Below, piece after piece: positions 61,382-64,000 of a stretch of DNA of 64,000 bases (within the stretch, counting starts at the first letter, position 1; every line of letters begins with the position of its first letter). Under the pieces are notes generated by a model. The model had not been told where the DNA came from, searched no databases, and saw only the letters and a program-made list of their open reading frames with translations. Origin of the DNA: Leptolyngbyaceae cyanobacterium (GTDB lineage: Bacteria > Cyanobacteriota > Cyanobacteriia > Phormidesmidales > Phormidesmidaceae); the NCBI GenBank assembly GCA_965263355.1, contig CBDHHL010000056.1, positions 1,632,001 to 1,696,000 on the forward strand. Direction: 5' to 3'. A program made the position numbers and the translations under genes.

Positions 61382-62566
61382 CTAAACTACCTGTGCGGCT
61401 AATGCCTGCTTTAGACTAAAAACAACTGATTCAATTTGCTCCAAACTTAGCTCTGGCCACATGGGTAGGCTTAGTACTTCCTGGGCGAGTTGATGGCTAA
61501 CTGGCAGGTCGGGATATTCGCCAGCATAGATGGGTAGTTTGTCCTGGGGAATTGGGTAGTAGATCATTGCACCAATGCCTTGATCTGCAAGGGCTTGCTT
61601 GATATGGTCACGATTTCTGCCCATTACCCGGACTGTATATTGATGAAATACATGTCCAGCAGATGGAGCAGGCGTAATTACCTGTTCAACATCTGCCAGG
61701 AGTTTGCTGTAAGTCGTTGCAATCCAGCGGCGTTTCTTATTCCAGGTATCAATATGACGGAGCTTAACCTGCAAGATTGCCGCCTGCATGGCATCAAGTC
61801 GCGAGTTGTACCCTAGCATCAGGTTGTTGTAGCGTTCCTTAGCGCCATGTACCCTCAGCATCCGGGCAACTTCAGCGATTTGATCATCGTTGGTAGTAAT
61901 CAAGCCACCGTCACCATAGGCACCCAAGTTTTTAGTTGGAAAAAAGGAAAATGCACCAATATCACCCATGGTGCCTGTGTAGTTACCCTGAATGCGATCG
62001 CGAATACCCTGCTCACAGGTCTGACCACAGCCAGTACAGTCCCCTTGATAAATAGCGCCAAACGACTGGGCACAGTCCTCAATCACCTTCAGATTATGCC
62101 GTGTCGCAATCTGCATAATTTGTGCCATGGCCGCCGGATTGCCGTATAAATGCACGGGTATGATGGCTTTAGTTTTAGGGGTGATTGCTGCTGCAATTAA
62201 AGTAGGGTCAATATTAAACGAATCGGGTTGAATATCGACAAAGACAGGTCTAGCACCTACTATGCTGATGGATTCAGCGGTGGCAAAAAAGCTAAAGGGC
62301 GTCGTGATCACTTCATCCCCTGGCAAAATCCCGGCAGCCCGTAACCCAATCACCAGGGCATCTGTGCCTGAATTTACCCCAATCGCATGGTTAACCCCCA
62401 AATACTGAGCAACATCAGTTTCAAAGTTTTTTACCGTCGGCCCCAAGATAAATTGCCCTGACTCCAAGACCTGATTTATGGCCGTTTGAATTTCATCCTT
62501 GATGATTTGATACTGGGGTTTTAAATCAAGGATGGGGATTTTAATTTGACTCACAGTATTTATCAT
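61382..62566 (-). CDS. DegT/DnrJ/EryC1/StrS nucleotide-sugar aminotransferase
   Basis: NSGTDAL, IEDCAQSFG, FSFFPTKNLGAYGDGG, GYNSRLD. Confidence 0.95.
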   Translation of the reverse strand: MINTVSQIKIPILDLKPQYQIIKDEIQTAINQVLESGQFILGPTVKNFETDVAQYLGVNHAIGVNSGTDALVIGLRAAGILPGDEVITTPFSFFATAESISIVGARPVFVDIQPDSFNIDPTLIAAAITPKTKAIIPVHLYGNPAAMAQIMQIATRHNLKVIEDCAQSFGAIYQGDCTGCGQTCEQGIRDRIQGNYTGTMGDIGAFSFFPTKNLGAYGDGGLITTNDDQIAEVARMLRVHGAKERYNNLMLGYNSRLDAMQAAILQVKLRHIDTWNKKRRWIATTYSKLLADVEQVITPAPSAGHVFHQYTVRVMGRNRDHIKQALADQGIGAMIYYPIPQDKLPIYAGEYPDLPVSHQLAQEVLSLPMWPELSLEQIESVVFSLKQALAAQVV

Positions 62567-62660
62567 CCTAAGGGTCCGATGCCGCTGGGGCTCTGCTCTA
62601 GAATCTTAGGATGATTTGTGTCTGGACGACACACACCGGATCGTCATAGAGCAGTATGCA

Positions 62661-63422
62661 TTAGAGAGCATCAGGATCAATGCCTAGCTCCCTTAATTTT
62701 TGAGCCAACTTTTCGGCCCGTGCCACTTCTTGATTGGCCCGTGCCGCTTCTTGATTGGCCCGTGCCGCTTCTTGATTGGCCCGTGCCGCTTCTTGATTGG
62801 CCCGTGCCGCTTCTTGATTGGTGAGTGCTCTCAGCTCTACCGTAGATAGGAAGGGGCTGCCATCAGGGTAATAAATTGCCAGATCCCCGGTTGATGTATT
62901 GAAACTAATGCCTAACATCGGACTTTTCCAGCCATTTAAATTGGCAACGGGCAAAAGGCTCTCTCCCTGCCTTAACCAACCTTGCAACTTTACGGCATCT
63001 GGATCGTACAAGTAGTACTCACTTACTCCATAACGCTGATAAAAGGCTAATTTTTTTGCCATTTCTGGCGCACCATTACTGGGAGACAGAATTTCGAACA
63101 CTACCTGGGGAGGAATATTATTTTCTCGCCACTGCTTATAGGACGTACGCTCTCCCTTGGGCCGCCCAAAGGCAACCATCACATCCGGTGCTACAGGTGA
63201 CACCAGCTGAGACTGCTCCGGATACCAAAGTAAATCGCCCGCCACAAAAACATCAGGATTATTGGTAAAAAGTACCTCTAGGTTTTCTTTAATAATGACA
63301 ATCCAGCGAAACTGTTTTGTATTATCGGCCATGGGCTGTCCATCACTAGCTGGAAATAACTCTTCCTCATCCAGATCGAGCACATCTGCATTCGCAATTT
63401 CAAACGGTGTTTTGGCCGTCAT
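62661..63422 (-). CDS. Uma2-family endonuclease-like protein with repeat-expanded coiled coil
   Basis: SDGQPMADNTKQFRWI, APDVMV, FEILSPSN, tail KLRELGIDP. Confidence 0.92.
   Translation of the reverse strand: MTAKTPFEIANADVLDLDEEELFPASDGQPMADNTKQFRWIVIIKENLEVLFTNNPDVFVAGDLLWYPEQSQLVSPVAPDVMVAFGRPKGERTSYKQWRENNIPPQVVFEILSPSNGAPEMAKKLAFYQRYGVSEYYLYDPDAVKLQGWLRQGESLLPVANLNGWKSPMLGISFNTSTGDLAIYYPDGSPFLSTVELRALTNQEAARANQEAARANQEAARANQEAARANQEVARAEKLAQKLRELGIDPDAL
62715..62821. repeat. 5 x 21-bp tandem repeat (ANQEAAR)
   Basis: Unit GGCCCGTGCCGCTTCTTGATT: four identical copies and one with a single change. Confidence 0.95.
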
Positions 63423-63596
63423 CGATACCTCCGAAGTTATAACCGTGCGCCTTGATAGACATCTATTTTAGCGAGCGAAACCGCTGGTGGAACAAATGGA
63501 CTAGTCGTCTGTTATTCAATACCCATGGTCCTAATGCCAATTTTTCCTCCTGACACTGCTCTAAAATCCTAAGACGATTGAACCGTCAATTTTTAT

Positions 63597-64000
63597 ATGC
63601 GTGTTGCTGTTGTTCACGAGTGGCTAACCAGCCATGCAGGGTCTGAAAAAGTAATTGAGCAAATTCTCCAGCTTTATCCAGACGCAGACTTGTTTAGTCT
63701 GGTTGATTTTTTAACACCGGAGCAGCGTCACTTTATTGACCATCGTTCTGTAACAACCTCGTTTATCCAAAATCTACCACTGGCCAAGCGCGCATTTCGC
63801 CAATATTTGCCACTGATGCCTCTGGCGGTAGAACAGTTTAATTTAGCTGCCTACGATGTGGTGATTTCCAGTAACCATGCTGTGGCCAAAGGTGTACTTA
63901 CGGCTCCTCACCAACTGCACATCAGCTATGTACACACCCCCATTCGCTACGCTTGGGACATGCAACATCAATACCTGCAACAGGCCGGGTTAGACCGTGG
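63597..64000 (+). CDS. GT4 glycosyltransferase (WbaZ-like), runs off the window end
   Basis: Manual translation: MRVAVVHEWLTSHAGSEKVIEQI...YLPLMPLAVEQF...YDVVISSNHAVAKGV...YVHTPIRYAWD. Not in the ORF track because it has no stop. Confidence 0.9.
   Translation, partial: MRVAVVHEWLTSHAGSEKVIEQILQLYPDADLFSLVDFLTPEQRHFIDHRSVTTSFIQNLPLAKRAFRQYLPLMPLAVEQFNLAAYDVVISSNHAVAKGVLTAPHQLHISYVHTPIRYAWDMQHQYLQQAGLDR

Noticed and set aside
62715..62821. 21-bp tandem repeats here and at 56358-56441 as CRISPR-like arrays
   Set aside because: No spacers. They are in-frame heptad repeats inside coding regions.

Overview
This 64 kb window is chromosomal DNA from a filamentous cyanobacterium, probably Leptolyngbya-like (inferred from gene content and frequent HIP1 GCGATCGC octamers). 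1-9 kb holds core genes (petR/petP, dnaX, pmgA, nblB, CBS protein, trpD) and an MFS sugar transporter with a large internal deletion. About 9.2-18.4 kb is a stress/photoprotection island: an interrupted NblB-like HEAT gene, crtW, HCP plus CTDH (the two halves of orange carotenoid protein), a divergent second ClpC, MarC and a group 2 sigma factor, with HLR1-like and K-box-like sites and a candidate structured RNA. 18.6-41 kb is mostly housekeeping (rplU-rpmA, nitrilase, nhaS3, murI, HAL2-type phosphatase, a HEPN-MNT toxin-antitoxin pair, rsmI, a three-gene clpR/clpR-like/clpP3 operon, gmd) and carries two copies of a ~163 bp MITE. 41-64 kb is an AT-rich, HIP1-poor Wzm/Wzt-dependent surface polysaccharide locus with duplicated and chimeric glycosyltransferases, six SAM methyltransferases (one with a coiled-coil ruler-like tail), a sulfotransferase and an O-acyltransferase. 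I saw no rRNA, tRNA, CRISPR array or intact transposase. All product calls come from recognising motifs by eye; no database searches were run.
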